Origin: an uncultured Clostridium sp.
GTDB lineage: Bacteria; Bacillota; Clostridia; TANB77; CAG-508
Reading direction: 5' to 3'
DNA: 64,000 nucleotides
NCBI GenBank assembly: GCA_947647595.1
Contig: CANSKZ010000005.1
Location: 53,569 to 117,568 of the forward strand
A model generated the notes under the pieces. It saw nothing but the letters and a program-made list of their open reading frames with translations. It was not told the DNA's origin and made no database searches. A program made the position numbers and the translations under genes. Positions 11,541 through 22,783 of this stretch are shown piece by piece (position 1 is the first letter of the stretch; each line of letters opens with the position of its first letter).

Positions 11541-12023
11541 TTACATTGTTCTTGAATTTGTTTGCTTTTCTCTATCAATCCGTTCCACTATTTTAAACAT
11601 TTCTTTGTCTTCCTGTCTTCGTGTCCAAGCATTCTTAGCATCATATTTTCTAATTTGTTCAAATTTTACTTGGGCTGAAATATTGGGATAACCTACAAAA
11701 TATACATCCCATTTTTCTTGATCAATATAAGGAACAATATCTTTTGGCATAATATGAGCAGAATCTACTATAAATTTTTCATTCGTTTCATTGATTTTTT
11801 CCATAATCGTAGACAAAAATAAAGACAATTTAATACTTCCTTCATCTATGATAACTCGATTATTAATTCCACAGTCTGGAAAATTATGTTGAAATGAGGT
11901 TGCAATATAATCTACTGGAATATGATTATACCTATTGTTTTTAGATAATCGCTCAGAAATGGTAGATTTTCCAGCACGTGCCACACCACCAATTAAAATA
12001 TTTTTTGTTGTATAATTATACAT
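11541..12023 (-). CDS. P-loop NTPase / kinase-like protein (0-frame fragment)
   Basis: Walker A GGVARAGKST at the N-terminus. The frame ends 13 codons after an in-frame CGG (ccg 11580..11582). Skipping the C joins it in frame to the downstream histidine phosphatase ORF. Confidence 0.7.
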   Translation of the reverse strand: MYNYTTKNILIGGVARAGKSTISERLSKNNRYNHIPVDYIATSFQHNFPDCGINNRVIIDEGSIKLSLFLSTIMEKINETNEKFIVDSAHIMPKDIVPYIDQEKWDVYFVGYPNISAQVKFEQIRKYDAKNAWTRRQEDKEMFKIVERIDREKQTNSRTM

Positions 12024-12038
12024 TTATTTTCTCCTTTT

Positions 12039-14424
12039 CTATTCTTCATTTTCAATTTCTTCCATTAAATTATCGTTCGTTTCTATATTATTAGATTCTA
12101 AATTTTGATTAGAATTCTCATTTCCTGTTTGATTTTCACTTTCCTCTGGAAGACTATTTTCTTTTTTAGTTTCCTCTTCCACAAAATTTGCAACCAGAAC
12201 ATCATTGGTTTCTTCTTGTGATTGCTTTATGTCTGGTATTGATTCTTCTGGCCTTTGATTGATTTCTGTTTTAACAGAATTCGCCGTATTTTTTACCGTA
12301 TCTTTTATTTTCTGCTTTGTGTTTGTATTTTCTACATTCTTTGGGGCATTTCCTTGATGAATTGTACAGATTTCTGGAGTGGTTCCTTTTATAAAATATT
12401 CGGTAAACGTATCTTGGCACCCACTATTGGCTACTTTTAAACTTTTTCGGCAAATTTTTAAATTTTCTACATTTTTAGCTTTTGCAAAATCACTATTCTT
12501 CAACTTTTTATGAATTTGGGTCATCACATTGGACCAAATGATGCCTGCTGGATTGTTTCCATGATAACGAATTGGCTCACTTAAATCAAATCCAAACCAC
12601 GTGACAGCTGTATAATAATTGGTAAATCCACAAAGCCAGCGGTCATAGTCTTCGTTTGTTGTTCCTGTTTTGGCTGCTACTTCCATTCCGGGAATCGAAC
12701 AATAAGTTGCTGTTCCGTTGTTTCCGACAACTGGTTCGGTTAACAACTGTTTTGTCACAAAAGCCACTGCTTCTGAAATAACGCGCCCGCTTTTTTGTTT
12801 GGAATTTAAAACGTTTTTTCCGCTGTTGTCTAGTATTTTGGTATAAAAAGTAGGTTCAATATAGACTCCATCGTTGGCAATCATAGCATACGCACCTGCC
12901 ATTTCTAAGGGCGATATGCCATTATCCAATCCTCCCAATGATAACGCTAAATTCTCGTCTTTTTCATTCAAGGTAGAAATACCCATTTTCTTCAAATATT
13001 GAATGGAAGTTGTTGGTGTGAGTTCTTCGATTATTTTGACAAAAGGAATATTTTGAGAAGATTCAACCGCACGTCTTACCGTGATTTTTCCTAAATAATC
13101 ATTATAATTAATGGGTGAATATTCTTCTTGATTGTAATCGATAAAAGTTGTTAAAGTATCCTCATAAGTACTAACTGGCGTGATGACTTTTTCAGCTAAG
13201 GCAGGAACCAAAACTGCCAATGGCTTACTACTAGAACCCGTTTGACGGATTGCTTGTGTGGCTCGATTAAATCCTCTGACTTCCTTTTTCTCGCCTAAAC
13301 CACCGTACGCATGCTAAAACCTTTCCTGTTTTATGGTCAATTATTACCATCGCTGCTTGGGATGTCATTTCTCCATTACTACTTTGTAGTTGATATTTCT
13401 TTTTGGAAAATTCATCTTCCATTTTTTCTTGTATTTCTGTATTTTGTGTGCTATAAATTTTGGCATTTGCCATGGATAAATAATTGGTTGCGAAATTTTT
13501 AGAAATGTTTTTTTGGCTCGATAAATCCGAAATCACTTCAAGCAATAGTGCATCTGTATGATAAGAATAAAGTCCGTTTCCTTCTGGATTGATTTCACCT
13601 TTTTGGAAATTGATTCCTTTTTCGACTTTGGCTAACGCACCATCATATTCCTCTTTTGTAATATTTTCTAATTCCAACATTTTGTTTAATACAATTTTGG
13701 TTCTTTTTTTGATTTTTTCTGTGTTGTCTTTTTCTTTATTAAACGGATTATACGCATTTGGTGCATGATTGATTCCTGCCAAAAAGGCACATTCTGCTAA
13801 ATCTAAATCAGATACGGTTTTGTCAAAATAGTAATTGGCTCCGCATTCAACACCGTATAAGTTTGGTCCAACATAAATGACATTTAGGTAACTTTCCAAG
13901 ATTTCGTCTTTATCCATGCACCATTCTAATTCAACAGCTTTGGTCCATTCTTTGACTTTTCTTGTAATGCTGTTGGCGTCGTCTCCTGTTAAATTTTTCA
14001 CTAATTGCTGGGTAATCGTGCTGGCTCCAAATGAAGCATTTCCAAAATGTATGACGTAAGAACCAATGGCTGCAGTGGTTCTTTTTATATCTACACCAAA
14101 GTGTTTGTAAAATCGTTCGTCTTCAATGGCAACATAGGCATTTTTTAGATTTTGTGGCATATCTTTTTCAAGCGAAACATTTTTGCGATTTTTCTCATTG
14201 CCAATTTCCGCAATGACATTTCCTTCCAAATCTAAAATCTGTGAAGGTTGATTGGCAATCATGGAAAGCGCAAGTTGTTGCCAAGTGTGAATGGACATTG
14301 CTGTTTTAATGGCAAACATTAGAATGACGATTATTAGAATGATACCGATTTTTCTTTTCCATTTTGATTTATTTTTGGTTTTCTTTTTTTGTTTTGTTTC
14401 AGGCTTATTTTTTAATTTGCTCAA
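12039..14424 (-). CDS. Class A penicillin-binding protein (PBP1A family: GT51 glycosyltransferase + transpeptidase), interrupted by one +1 break
   Basis: The N-terminal ORF 13267..14424 has GT51 motifs (EDERFYKHFGVD, STITQQLVKN). The C-terminal ORF 12039..13220 has KTGTT. The +1 frame read from ccg 13303..13305 gives GGLGEKKEVRGFNRATQAIRQTGSSSKP, containing the SxxK active site. Confidence 0.9.
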
Positions 14425-14527
14425 AATTTGTTATCCTCCTATATTTTTGCTATTGTATCATATCCTGAAAAAAAAGTCTATCTTGCGGAAAATAAAAAAG
14501 TAGTTTTTTCAACTACTTTTGGTTTTG

Positions 14528-15271
14528 TTATTTTATTAGTTTTTTAAATGAATTGGCATTTAATATGGTATTTGAAACAAATTCGCCTTGATAAAAATTC
14601 GCCCAATTGTTGAATATGCATGGTGCATTTTTGGCTTTTTCTAAGGAATCTATTTTGATGAAATTGATTTTTATATGATTTTCTTTTGCATATGCTGTTA
14701 ATTCTTTTACTTCATATTCCACATAAGGACACGCGGGGCTATAATAGATTGTAAAGTCTTTCTCATCAATTTTCATTTTTCTGGCGTTATCTCTAAATTT
14801 AGGCGTCTCATTTTTGTCAAATTGTAAAGCTAATAATTCATATTCTCCTATTGAATCTACCACTTTAAAACCATAATGTTCAAAAAATTTCTTTTCTCCT
14901 AAAAATGGTTTCTTCTTTTTAGAAGTCAATGTGCAAATTCCGCTCATGCTTTTTTGTTTTGAATCATTTATGGCATATTCTAATAATTCTTTGGCGATTC
15001 CTTTTCCTTTAAAACTGCCAGCTACCCATAAGCAATAAATATATTCATAATTTTTACCATTGATTGGAACCCAAGCTGTTTCGATTGGTTCGTATTCAAT
15101 AAATATTTTTCCTCTCGCGTTTAATTTTCTAAATACATGACCTTCCTTTTGTTTCCTTTTCAGCCATTCTTTTTTATTTTCAACACCTTCTTTGTGTTTT
15201 CGGTCTCCAATCGCACAACAAATATGCTCATGTTCAATATTTTCTAATGTTAAATTTATATATTCATTCAT
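14528..15271 (-). CDS. GNAT N-acetyltransferase with YoaP-like C-terminal domain
   Basis: 247 aa. Acetyl-CoA motif KGKGIAKELLEYAI and a C-terminal thioredoxin-like YoaP-type region (YYSPACPY). Confidence 0.65.
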   Translation of the reverse strand: MNEYINLTLENIEHEHICCAIGDRKHKEGVENKKEWLKRKQKEGHVFRKLNARGKIFIEYEPIETAWVPINGKNYEYIYCLWVAGSFKGKGIAKELLEYAINDSKQKSMSGICTLTSKKKKPFLGEKKFFEHYGFKVVDSIGEYELLALQFDKNETPKFRDNARKMKIDEKDFTIYYSPACPYVEYEVKELTAYAKENHIKINFIKIDSLEKAKNAPCIFNNWANFYQGEFVSNTILNANSFKKLIK

Positions 15272-15287
15272 ATTTTTATTTTCCTTT

Positions 15288-15920
15288 TTATTTATTTTTT
15301 ATGGGATGCCTTATCACTGTTTTTAATCTGCTTTCCGCACATCTTCTAGGGTCACTTAAATAAATTTCATGATGAAATCTGTTAGGCTTTATATCGATTT
15401 TATAACCATTTTCTTCTGCATAATTTTTCATTTTTTCTATTGTTGCAGGTTCTTTGTCATAGGAACCTATATGCATACATTGTACGCATAATCCTTCTTC
15501 ATAAGTTAAAAATTCGACTTTTGAAAAATCTTGTTTTTTCTTACTGGTTGCTTCGCCAATTGCCCAATCAAATTCTTCCTTTGTGACAAAATCTGGTAAT
15601 CGAATCATCGATATAAATTCCATCTCTTCTTTTTTATGATAGTCCAACTCTGTTGTCCCTTTTTGCCACCAAAAACCTTCTAGGGGTGGAACAACATAGT
15701 CAAAATAGCCTTCTATTTTATGTGAAGTTTTGTAGCTCATTTTTATCGTAAAAGCAATAGAATAGAGCAAACCTATCGATTGTTTATATTCGCTGTTTTC
15801 TTCGTTCGGATTGCCTTTTCCCTTGATTCCAATATAATTCATTTTTGGAATTTCGATGATGGTTGGTTTACTTTTGGGCAGATAAAATTCTTTGTATTCT
15901 TTTTTATAATCAAATGCCAT
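15288..15920 (-). CDS. GyrI-like small-molecule-binding domain protein
   Basis: 210 aa. MAFDYKKEYKEFYLPKSKP...IEIPKMNYIGIKGKGNPN is typical of the GyrI-like family. Confidence 0.65.
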   Translation of the reverse strand: MAFDYKKEYKEFYLPKSKPTIIEIPKMNYIGIKGKGNPNEENSEYKQSIGLLYSIAFTIKMSYKTSHKIEGYFDYVVPPLEGFWWQKGTTELDYHKKEEMEFISMIRLPDFVTKEEFDWAIGEATSKKKQDFSKVEFLTYEEGLCVQCMHIGSYDKEPATIEKMKNYAEENGYKIDIKPNRFHHEIYLSDPRRCAESRLKTVIRHPIKNK

Positions 15921-15922
15921 TT

Positions 15923-16177
15923 CTAATCCTCCAATGCAATATAAATATGAATTTCTTGCTTTTGTCTATCTTCAGAATTATTTTGATATTCTTCAAAATC
16001 GCAAGTATATTTTCTTTTTAAATTCATATTCCATATTTCTTGCCAAGCTTGTCCTACTGGCTTTTGCACATCACCAATTATAACAAACTTAGCATATTTT
16101 CCTTTTTCAATTATTTTATTTTTGATTTCAATCCCTTCTACTATTTTTTCTTCCAATTCCACAATTTCATAGTTCAT
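15923..16177 (-). CDS. Short GyrI-like/effector-binding domain protein
   Basis: 84 aa. The ends resemble AraC-effector-binding/GyrI-like proteins, but it is shorter than usual. Confidence 0.4.
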   Translation of the reverse strand: MNYEIVELEEKIVEGIEIKNKIIEKGKYAKFVIIGDVQKPVGQAWQEIWNMNLKRKYTCDFEEYQNNSEDRQKQEIHIYIALED

Positions 16178-16235
16178 AATTCTTACCTCCTAAAAAAATT
16201 ATAAACTATGAAATATGACATCTGTGTGTCATATT

Positions 16236-17126
16236 TTATGAATAATTTTTTAAAGTCTTTTGCAATTTTTCTATTACTCTATTTTGGGCATATTCGGGGC
16301 TTAATACTTTTATAAATTCTCCAAAAGACAATATAAAACTATATACCCATTCATTTTCTGGAAACTCCACTTTGACAATAAAATTGCCATCCGCTTTTTT
16401 CGTTATTTCATTCATTTCAAATTCATCATATACTCTAAAAGCCATTTCTTTTGAAATTTCTAATTCTAGTAAAATATTTTTAAACGTTTTTTCTATTTCT
16501 GGTTGGTTTGGTATTTCTCTTTCAAAATGCTCTTCTAAACATTTTATTTCCTTTATTCTGGTTAACTTAAAAAATCGGTAATCCTTTTTTAATCTGCAAT
16601 AACTGATTACATACCAAAATTTATCTTTAAACCAAATTTGCAACGGTTCAACCACTCGTTTCGTTTGCTCGCCAGTCGAATTATAATAAGTGAATTCTAT
16701 TAATTGTTTATTTAATATTGCGGACTTAATTATTTGAAACGTATTTTCTTTAGAAGGTGACCAATTCGAAAAATCAATTTTAATCCAATCTGTTACTTTC
16801 TTATGAAAGATTGTACTCATTTTTTCCAAAACGTCCTTTTCGGTTTGAACATTCATTTTCTCTAAACTTTGCAGGGCAAATAAAATTTGATTTTGTTCCT
16901 CTTCCGAAAGAATCGATTTGTTCAAAACAAATTCTTCTAAAATACCAATTCCGCCATCTTTTCCTGGCATAGCATAAATGGGTATATTCGCACTGCTTAA
17001 TGTCTCAATATCTCGATATATCGTTCTGGTTGATACTTCAAATTTTTCCGCTAACTCTTTGGCTGTGATTTTTTTCTTTTGAAGTAATAGATATACTATT
17101 TCAAATAATCGATGATTTACTTGCAT
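16236..17126 (-). CDS. YafY-family transcriptional regulator (HTH + WYL domain)
   Basis: 296 aa. N-terminal ITAKELAEKFEVSTRTIYRDIETL HTH, then a WYL-type middle domain. Confidence 0.8.
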   Translation of the reverse strand: MQVNHRLFEIVYLLLQKKKITAKELAEKFEVSTRTIYRDIETLSSANIPIYAMPGKDGGIGILEEFVLNKSILSEEEQNQILFALQSLEKMNVQTEKDVLEKMSTIFHKKVTDWIKIDFSNWSPSKENTFQIIKSAILNKQLIEFTYYNSTGEQTKRVVEPLQIWFKDKFWYVISYCRLKKDYRFFKLTRIKEIKCLEEHFEREIPNQPEIEKTFKNILLELEISKEMAFRVYDEFEMNEITKKADGNFIVKVEFPENEWVYSFILSFGEFIKVLSPEYAQNRVIEKLQKTLKNYS

Positions 17127-17313
17127 AAATTCCTCCTATCTCATATTGTATCACATTTTTTCAATTTTGTAACAAATGGATGTATATTTTTCATAAATTG
17201 GGAGATATTAAGATTAGTTTTTATAAGGAGGTGCCTTGAAAGATGGAAAAAAAGGATAAGAAAAATAACAAAAGTAACCAAAATAATGAAAACAACTAAG
17301 GTATAAAATTTTT

Positions 17314-17342
17314 AAAAAGTGAACAGTTTTGTTCACTTTTTT
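17314..17342. terminator. Bidirectional terminator hairpin after the lepA-sortase unit
   Basis: aaagtgaac / gttcacttt stem flanked by A-run and T-run. Confidence 0.55.
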
Positions 17343-17351
17343 CATTTTATT

Positions 17352-17963
17352 TTAACGGCTTGCTTTAATAATCAATCTTTTATTATTTAAGTTGTCACAA
17401 GTGACTAAAGTTAAATCATATTTTCGATTGGCTTTTAGGCATTCAAAATCATCGGGTTGGACTTTTTGTTTGTCATAGACAATATAGCGATAATTTTCCC
17501 CCGCAAGTGTTTGAAGAAAAATAGAATCGCCATTTTTTAAGGTTTCTAAATTTCCAAAAAATCGATTATCATCATAATTATGACCTGCAATAGCAATATT
17601 TCCTTTTTCTCCTAAATTAACACCATAAAATTTACAAGGCAATATTCTCAAAAGTTCATCATTACATTCATTAAAAATACTATACTCTAAATTGATTTTA
17701 GGAATTAAAATTTTTCCAAAATAGGGACTTTTCTTCGTCGAAATTTCTTGCCTACTTTTTTGGGCTGAATACATTGTTTCCATTTTAAATGCTTTATTTA
17801 ATGTATTTGAAATCTGTGTCATCTCTTGATTTCTTTTCCAATTTTGCAAATAGTTTATCCCTAAAATAAACACCACTAAAATCGATATTATAAATTGTAT
17901 TTTGAAAAAATTTTTTTGTTTTTTATAAATTTGTTTTACGACTATAATTTGATTCATATTCAT
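17352..17963 (-). CDS. Sortase family transpeptidase
   Basis: 203 aa. N-terminal TM helix, IAGHNY motif and LTLVTC catalytic-cysteine motif. Confidence 0.8.
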   Translation of the reverse strand: MNMNQIIVVKQIYKKQKNFFKIQFIISILVVFILGINYLQNWKRNQEMTQISNTLNKAFKMETMYSAQKSRQEISTKKSPYFGKILIPKINLEYSIFNECNDELLRILPCKFYGVNLGEKGNIAIAGHNYDDNRFFGNLETLKNGDSIFLQTLAGENYRYIVYDKQKVQPDDFECLKANRKYDLTLVTCDNLNNKRLIIKASR

Positions 17964-17992
17964 AGTATGGCAAGGTTGCCTTTTTTTATGCT

Positions 17993-19810
17993 TTATTTGT
18001 CGTCGTCGTTTAATTTTAAAACAGCTAAAAATGCTTCTTGTGGCACTTGTACATTACCAATTTCACGCATTTTCTTTTTGCCTCGTTTTTGCTTTTCAAG
18101 CAATTTCTTTTTTCTTGTAATATCGCCACCATAACATTTAGCAAGTACATCTTTTCGCATCGCTGAAATGGTTTCTCTGGCAATAATTTTTCCGCCAACA
18201 ACCGCTTGAATTGGCACTTCAAATAATTGCCTTGGAATCACAGTTTTTAATTTTTCTGCCATTTTACGACCACGTTCATAAGCAGAATCTTTGTGTACAA
18301 TAAATGACAACGCATCCACTGCTTCATTATTAATATGCAAATCCAATTTGACTAAATCGGCTTTGCGATATTCTTTAAATTCATAATCCACCGAAGCATA
18401 GCCTTTTGTTTTGGATTTTATGGTATCGAAAAAATCGTAAATAATTTCATTGAGTGGCAAATCGTATTCTAAAGTGACTCTGGTTTCATCCAGATAACGC
18501 ATGTCGATATACGTTCCACGCCTTTCTTGACACACATTCATGACATTTCCGACAAATTCCTTTGGAATCATAATTTCGGATTTCATAATTGGTTCTTCCA
18601 TCATGCGAATTTCAGTCGTTGGTGGCAAATCAATGGGATTGTATAATTCGATAATTTCGCCATTGGTTTTGTGAATTTTGTAAATAACGGAAGGCGCAGT
18701 TGTAATTAAGCCAATATCAAATTCTCGCTCTAGTCGTTCCATGACAATTTCTAAATGCAACAATCCTAAAAATCCACAACGAAATCCGAATCCTAAAGCC
18801 ACCGATGTTTCTGGTTCATAATTTAAAGCGGCATCATTCAATTTTAGTTTTTCTAAGGCTTCTTTTAATGGCTCATATTCACTTCCATCAATGGGATACA
18901 TTCCACAATACACCATAGAATTGGCTTTTTTATAGCCTGGTAATGCTTCTTTAGCAGGATTATTTTTTAAGGTAATTGTATCTCCCACATGCAAATCAGA
19001 AACGGTCTTTACGCTAGCAGAAATATAGCCAACTTCACCAGCTGTTAAGTTGTCAGCTGGTTGGTAGCCTCCTGCTTTAAAATAGCCAACTTCTGTTACG
19101 GTAAATACTTTTCCAGTTGCCATAAATAAAATCTCATCATTTGGTTTAACGCTTCCATTTTTGATTCTGACATAACTTAATGCGCCTTTATAATTATCGT
19201 AAACTGAATCAAAGATTAAAGCTTGTAATGGCACTTCTATTTTTCCAGAAGGTGCAGGAATATCGGTTACAATTCTTTCTAAAACCTCCTCAACATGCAA
19301 ACCTGTTTTAGCAGAAATGCAGGGAGCATCTTGGGCAGGAATTCCAATAATTTCTTCAATTTCATTTTTCACTTCATCTGCTCTGGCATTGGGCAAATCA
19401 ACTTTATTGATAACGGGCAAAATCTCTAAATTATCATCTAATGCCAAATATACATTAGCAAGGGTTTGCGCTTCCACACCCTGTGTACTATCCACCACTA
19501 AAATAGCACCTTCACAAGCTGCTAAACTTCTGGATACTTCATAATTAAAATCGACATGACCTGGTGTATCAATTAAATTGAATTCATAAGTTTGCCCATC
19601 TTTGGCGGTATAATTCATTTTGACAGCTTGGGATTTGATGGTGATTCCTCTTTCGCGTTCAATATCCATATTATCTAGGACTTGTGACTCCATTTCACGT
19701 TCGGATAAAGCGCCTGTCATTTCGATAATGCGGTCTGCTAAAGTGGATTTTCCGTGATCAATGTGAGCAATAATGCTAAAATTTCTGATTTGTTTTTGTT
19801 TGTCTTGCAA
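17993..19810 (-). CDS. lepA: Translation elongation factor 4
   Basis: 605 aa. GTPase motifs [18 protein letters not shown], and the LepA-specific C-terminus. Confidence 0.97.
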   Translation of the reverse strand: MQDKQKQIRNFSIIAHIDHGKSTLADRIIEMTGALSEREMESQVLDNMDIERERGITIKSQAVKMNYTAKDGQTYEFNLIDTPGHVDFNYEVSRSLAACEGAILVVDSTQGVEAQTLANVYLALDDNLEILPVINKVDLPNARADEVKNEIEEIIGIPAQDAPCISAKTGLHVEEVLERIVTDIPAPSGKIEVPLQALIFDSVYDNYKGALSYVRIKNGSVKPNDEILFMATGKVFTVTEVGYFKAGGYQPADNLTAGEVGYISASVKTVSDLHVGDTITLKNNPAKEALPGYKKANSMVYCGMYPIDGSEYEPLKEALEKLKLNDAALNYEPETSVALGFGFRCGFLGLLHLEIVMERLEREFDIGLITTAPSVIYKIHKTNGEIIELYNPIDLPPTTEIRMMEEPIMKSEIMIPKEFVGNVMNVCQERRGTYIDMRYLDETRVTLEYDLPLNEIIYDFFDTIKSKTKGYASVDYEFKEYRKADLVKLDLHINNEAVDALSFIVHKDSAYERGRKMAEKLKTVIPRQLFEVPIQAVVGGKIIARETISAMRKDVLAKCYGGDITRKKKLLEKQKRGKKKMREIGNVQVPQEAFLAVLKLNDDDK

Positions 19811-19872
19811 ATTTTTTTCCTCCGATTTTGATTTTGTTTATTATACCTTATTTAACTAAAATTTGCAAGCCT

Positions 19873-20577
19873 TTATTCCAACACGTTCAAAACATCATCC
19901 TGCTTCATTCCATTGAAATTGTAGAACGTATCTGGTATTTCACCAACGATTATTGCCTCAGTTAATAAAACTTGGGAAGCCACTTCTTTGCTAAAAGAAC
20001 CAATTGGTGTTAAAATGCCAATGGAACCATTTAATTCCAAATAAATTTTATGTAAGGTTTGGTTAATACCAACACTTTCAAATTGGGATTTTACTTGTGT
20101 CGTAATTGCTCCTGCCGTTTCTAGTTCAATCTCAAATTTGGGTCCAAAATTTTTCAAAATGCTTATCCCGCTGACACTTCCATAATTGATATAAACCATC
20201 GTAGTTGGCGTTTGGTCAATTCTGGTTTGAATATCGTTTGTAATTTTGCTAATAATTTGATTTAGCAAAACGGTATTGGCTTGCATTAAAGTAACTTGAC
20301 CTGCTTCGTTTTTTTCGATTTTAATAAAGTCACTGTATGTATAATAATTCATTCGATTTTCCACTTCTTCTTGTATAATATGAGTCGCCTTAGAACCTGC
20401 TGCGGTTTTGCAACTGGCTACAAAAATTGGATATGAGGCAAACACAAAACTAACAATCGACACAACAAAAAGCAAAAAAATCAGGTTCAAGCATAATTTA
20501 ATTGGATTTCTTTTTTTTGGTTTTGGCTTTTTTATCATTGGAATTCGTATTCTTTTTCTAGAATAAATTTTATCCAT
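19873..20577 (-). CDS. yunB: Sporulation protein YunB
   Basis: 234 aa. N-terminal TM helix, then INYGSVSG...GPKFEIELETAG...FESVGINQTLHKIYLEL..., which matches the YunB family. Confidence 0.7.
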   Translation of the reverse strand: MDKIYSRKRIRIPMIKKPKPKKRNPIKLCLNLIFLLFVVSIVSFVFASYPIFVASCKTAAGSKATHIIQEEVENRMNYYTYSDFIKIEKNEAGQVTLMQANTVLLNQIISKITNDIQTRIDQTPTTMVYINYGSVSGISILKNFGPKFEIELETAGAITTQVKSQFESVGINQTLHKIYLELNGSIGILTPIGSFSKEVASQVLLTEAIIVGEIPDTFYNFNGMKQDDVLNVLE

Positions 20578-20641
20578 GATTTGTTCTCCCTAAAAATAAT
20601 TGATATGGAAGAAGGGCAAGGATGTAAGCCTTGCCCTTATA

Positions 20642-22114
20642 TTATTTCATAATGTATAATTTTTCACCGACATTGATTTTTGCATTATCTTGTAAATTAT
20701 TCGTTTGAATGATACTATCCATAGTAACTTTAAAATCTCGTGCAATATTCCAAATCGTATCTCCATCTTTGACAAAATAAACTATCATCGCATAATCATT
20801 TTCCTCTTGACATTCTTCTTCTTCCACTTCATCAATCAGATGAATGGTTTTGTAATTGCTACTATTTGGTTTTAAGGCTAATTCAATATCACATACAACA
20901 TCTTCGTTATTTAATTTGAAATGTTTTTTGGTAAAATTAATTTCAATATCGTCTGTATGGCAATCGAGTTTTGCCATAAATGGAATTTTAGTCGTTTTGA
21001 CGCCTAGATGATTGCCTGTATCAAAATAAATATTAACAACACATTCTCCTTCGTAATTGGCGCCACTGCCCATTGGCGTTTTATTGGTGATGTTTGCCCT
21101 GCAATCTACATCATAAAGTGATCGAATATCTTCTACTAAAATATTTTCATTAATATTTACTATTTCCGTAGAAACTTCAGCATCGGTTTGTACTTCAATG
21201 GACTTTTGATTAAAGGTAATATTTTTATTAATTCCATACATATCTTGCACCAATTCAATGCTCTTTTTTTGATATACTTCACATGTCACTTCAAAATCAA
21301 TTTGACAACTAATTGTTTTCATTTCTTTGCTATTTGGCTTAAAATTCATATTGCGGACTTTATAATCCATTTGACAAATATCTTCATCGGTCACTTTTTC
21401 CATATCAATAAAATTCATAATGGGAACCGTTGCTTCACAATTACCGATTTTTCCTGTTTCCGTAATATATAGCATTTTGATGCTAACATCTGCTTTTGAC
21501 AACACTTTATTATAACTCATTTTATTTTCCATATTGCTAAGTGAAATATCACTTCTCAAAATATCAGAAATCGCTTCTGTTTCGTCAATACTAACATCCT
21601 CTTTTAGCGATGTTTTAATCGTATTGCTTGCTACAACCGTGTTTAAATTGACAGTTTCTTGTAGTTTTTCCACACCAGATAACATGTTCAAATTATCAAT
21701 ATACTCAATATTTTTACATTCAAAAAAGTTAAAACATAGTTTCAAATTCACGCATACACTAATTTTTCTCTCATTCAATATTTTCGTATCAACACTCACA
21801 ATTTCAATTCGATATTTGGTAGACATTTGACTGTTTATTCCAGCATCGTCAATCACATCCATGAAATCCAAAGTTGTTTGGATGCATTTGGTTTCTCCGT
21901 TATCCGATAAATAAATGATGTGGGCATCCATGTTTCCATCAAATCGATATTTTCCTTCTGTACATTCTTCTTTATAAATGTAGGGATTTGCATTAGTACC
22001 CATAATATTTACAATATCTGGTTTAGTATCTGGAACAATAATATCACCCTTCACTTCTATATTTTTGATTTTTTCCGTCATTTTTTTATGAATGGATAGC
22101 GTATTTTTTTCCAT
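20642..22114 (-). CDS. SPOCS (DUF3794) domain protein with C-terminal LysM
   Basis: C-terminal YFVKDGDTIWNIARDFKVTMDSIIQTNNL...GEKLYI is a LysM domain. The upstream repeats are SPOCS-like. The likely start is the ATG at 22114, preceded by AAGGAGGA. Confidence 0.65.
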   Translation of the reverse strand: MEKNTLSIHKKMTEKIKNIEVKGDIIVPDTKPDIVNIMGTNANPYIYKEECTEGKYRFDGNMDAHIIYLSDNGETKCIQTTLDFMDVIDDAGINSQMSTKYRIEIVSVDTKILNERKISVCVNLKLCFNFFECKNIEYIDNLNMLSGVEKLQETVNLNTVVASNTIKTSLKEDVSIDETEAISDILRSDISLSNMENKMSYNKVLSKADVSIKMLYITETGKIGNCEATVPIMNFIDMEKVTDEDICQMDYKVRNMNFKPNSKEMKTISCQIDFEVTCEVYQKKSIELVQDMYGINKNITFNQKSIEVQTDAEVSTEIVNINENILVEDIRSLYDVDCRANITNKTPMGSGANYEGECVVNIYFDTGNHLGVKTTKIPFMAKLDCHTDDIEINFTKKHFKLNNEDVVCDIELALKPNSSNYKTIHLIDEVEEEECQEENDYAMIVYFVKDGDTIWNIARDFKVTMDSIIQTNNLQDNAKINVGEKLYIMK

Positions 22115-22260
22115 AAAAAAAATCCTCCTTTTTGTTATTTTAAGTTTATATAACATTTATATGGAGGATTTTTCAAAAAAATACCTATTTTATTAAATTT
22201 CTAAAAATTTTTTAAAAGCGAGTGAAATTTTACTTGCAAAATTCCTCGTGCTTTTTATTT

Positions 22261-22638
22261 TTATGCAATTCCTGCTGGTAATTCAGAATCTGCAATTGGT
22301 TTTCCCATAATTTTACCTTCTACTTGCTCTGGTGACAACTTATGCAGTTTATTTTTTCGGTCTGCCACGTCTGGAATATCTAGTGGAATATATTCATTTC
22401 CATCAAACATACTTACTTGTACTGTTTTCATGAATAAGTCCGTATAATTATAGGAACTCACACGATTAACTTGGTCAAATCGAACCATAAAATAATCTTT
22501 ATAGGTTCTTTCAATCGTAGCTTCCCTTTCTTCTGGCTTACTCCTTTTTCCTGCTGGTTCTTTTATAATAATTTTTTGTCCTACGTTTTCTCCAATATTT
22601 TTTCTCATGTTTGCAATTTCTGCTTTATAAATTCCCAT
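22261..22638 (-). CDS. veg: Veg family protein
   Basis: NIGENVGQKIIIKE...RSKPEEREATIERTYKDYFMVRFD...VSSYNYTDL matches Veg. It has a C-terminal extension. Confidence 0.7.
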   Translation of the reverse strand: MGIYKAEIANMRKNIGENVGQKIIIKEPAGKRSKPEEREATIERTYKDYFMVRFDQVNRVSSYNYTDLFMKTVQVSMFDGNEYIPLDIPDVADRKNKLHKLSPEQVEGKIMGKPIADSELPAGIA

Positions 22639-22783
22639 TTCATTACACTCCTATTCTTCTGTCATTGACTTTTTTATATCACAGCAAATAGCGAATGTCA
22701 AAATAGGAATTGTTCTCATTTTTTTGTCTATCACATAATTTTCAAGCAATTTATGTGTTAAAACTCAAAATATATCATTTGTA

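Noticed and set aside
17243-17299. 18-codon hydrophilic micro-ORF (MEKKDKKNNKSNQNNENN) between yafY and the sortase gene
   Set aside because: The SD-to-ATG spacing (11 nt) is poor. The downstream hairpin is better explained as the bidirectional terminator of the lepA-sortase unit. Not called without expression data.
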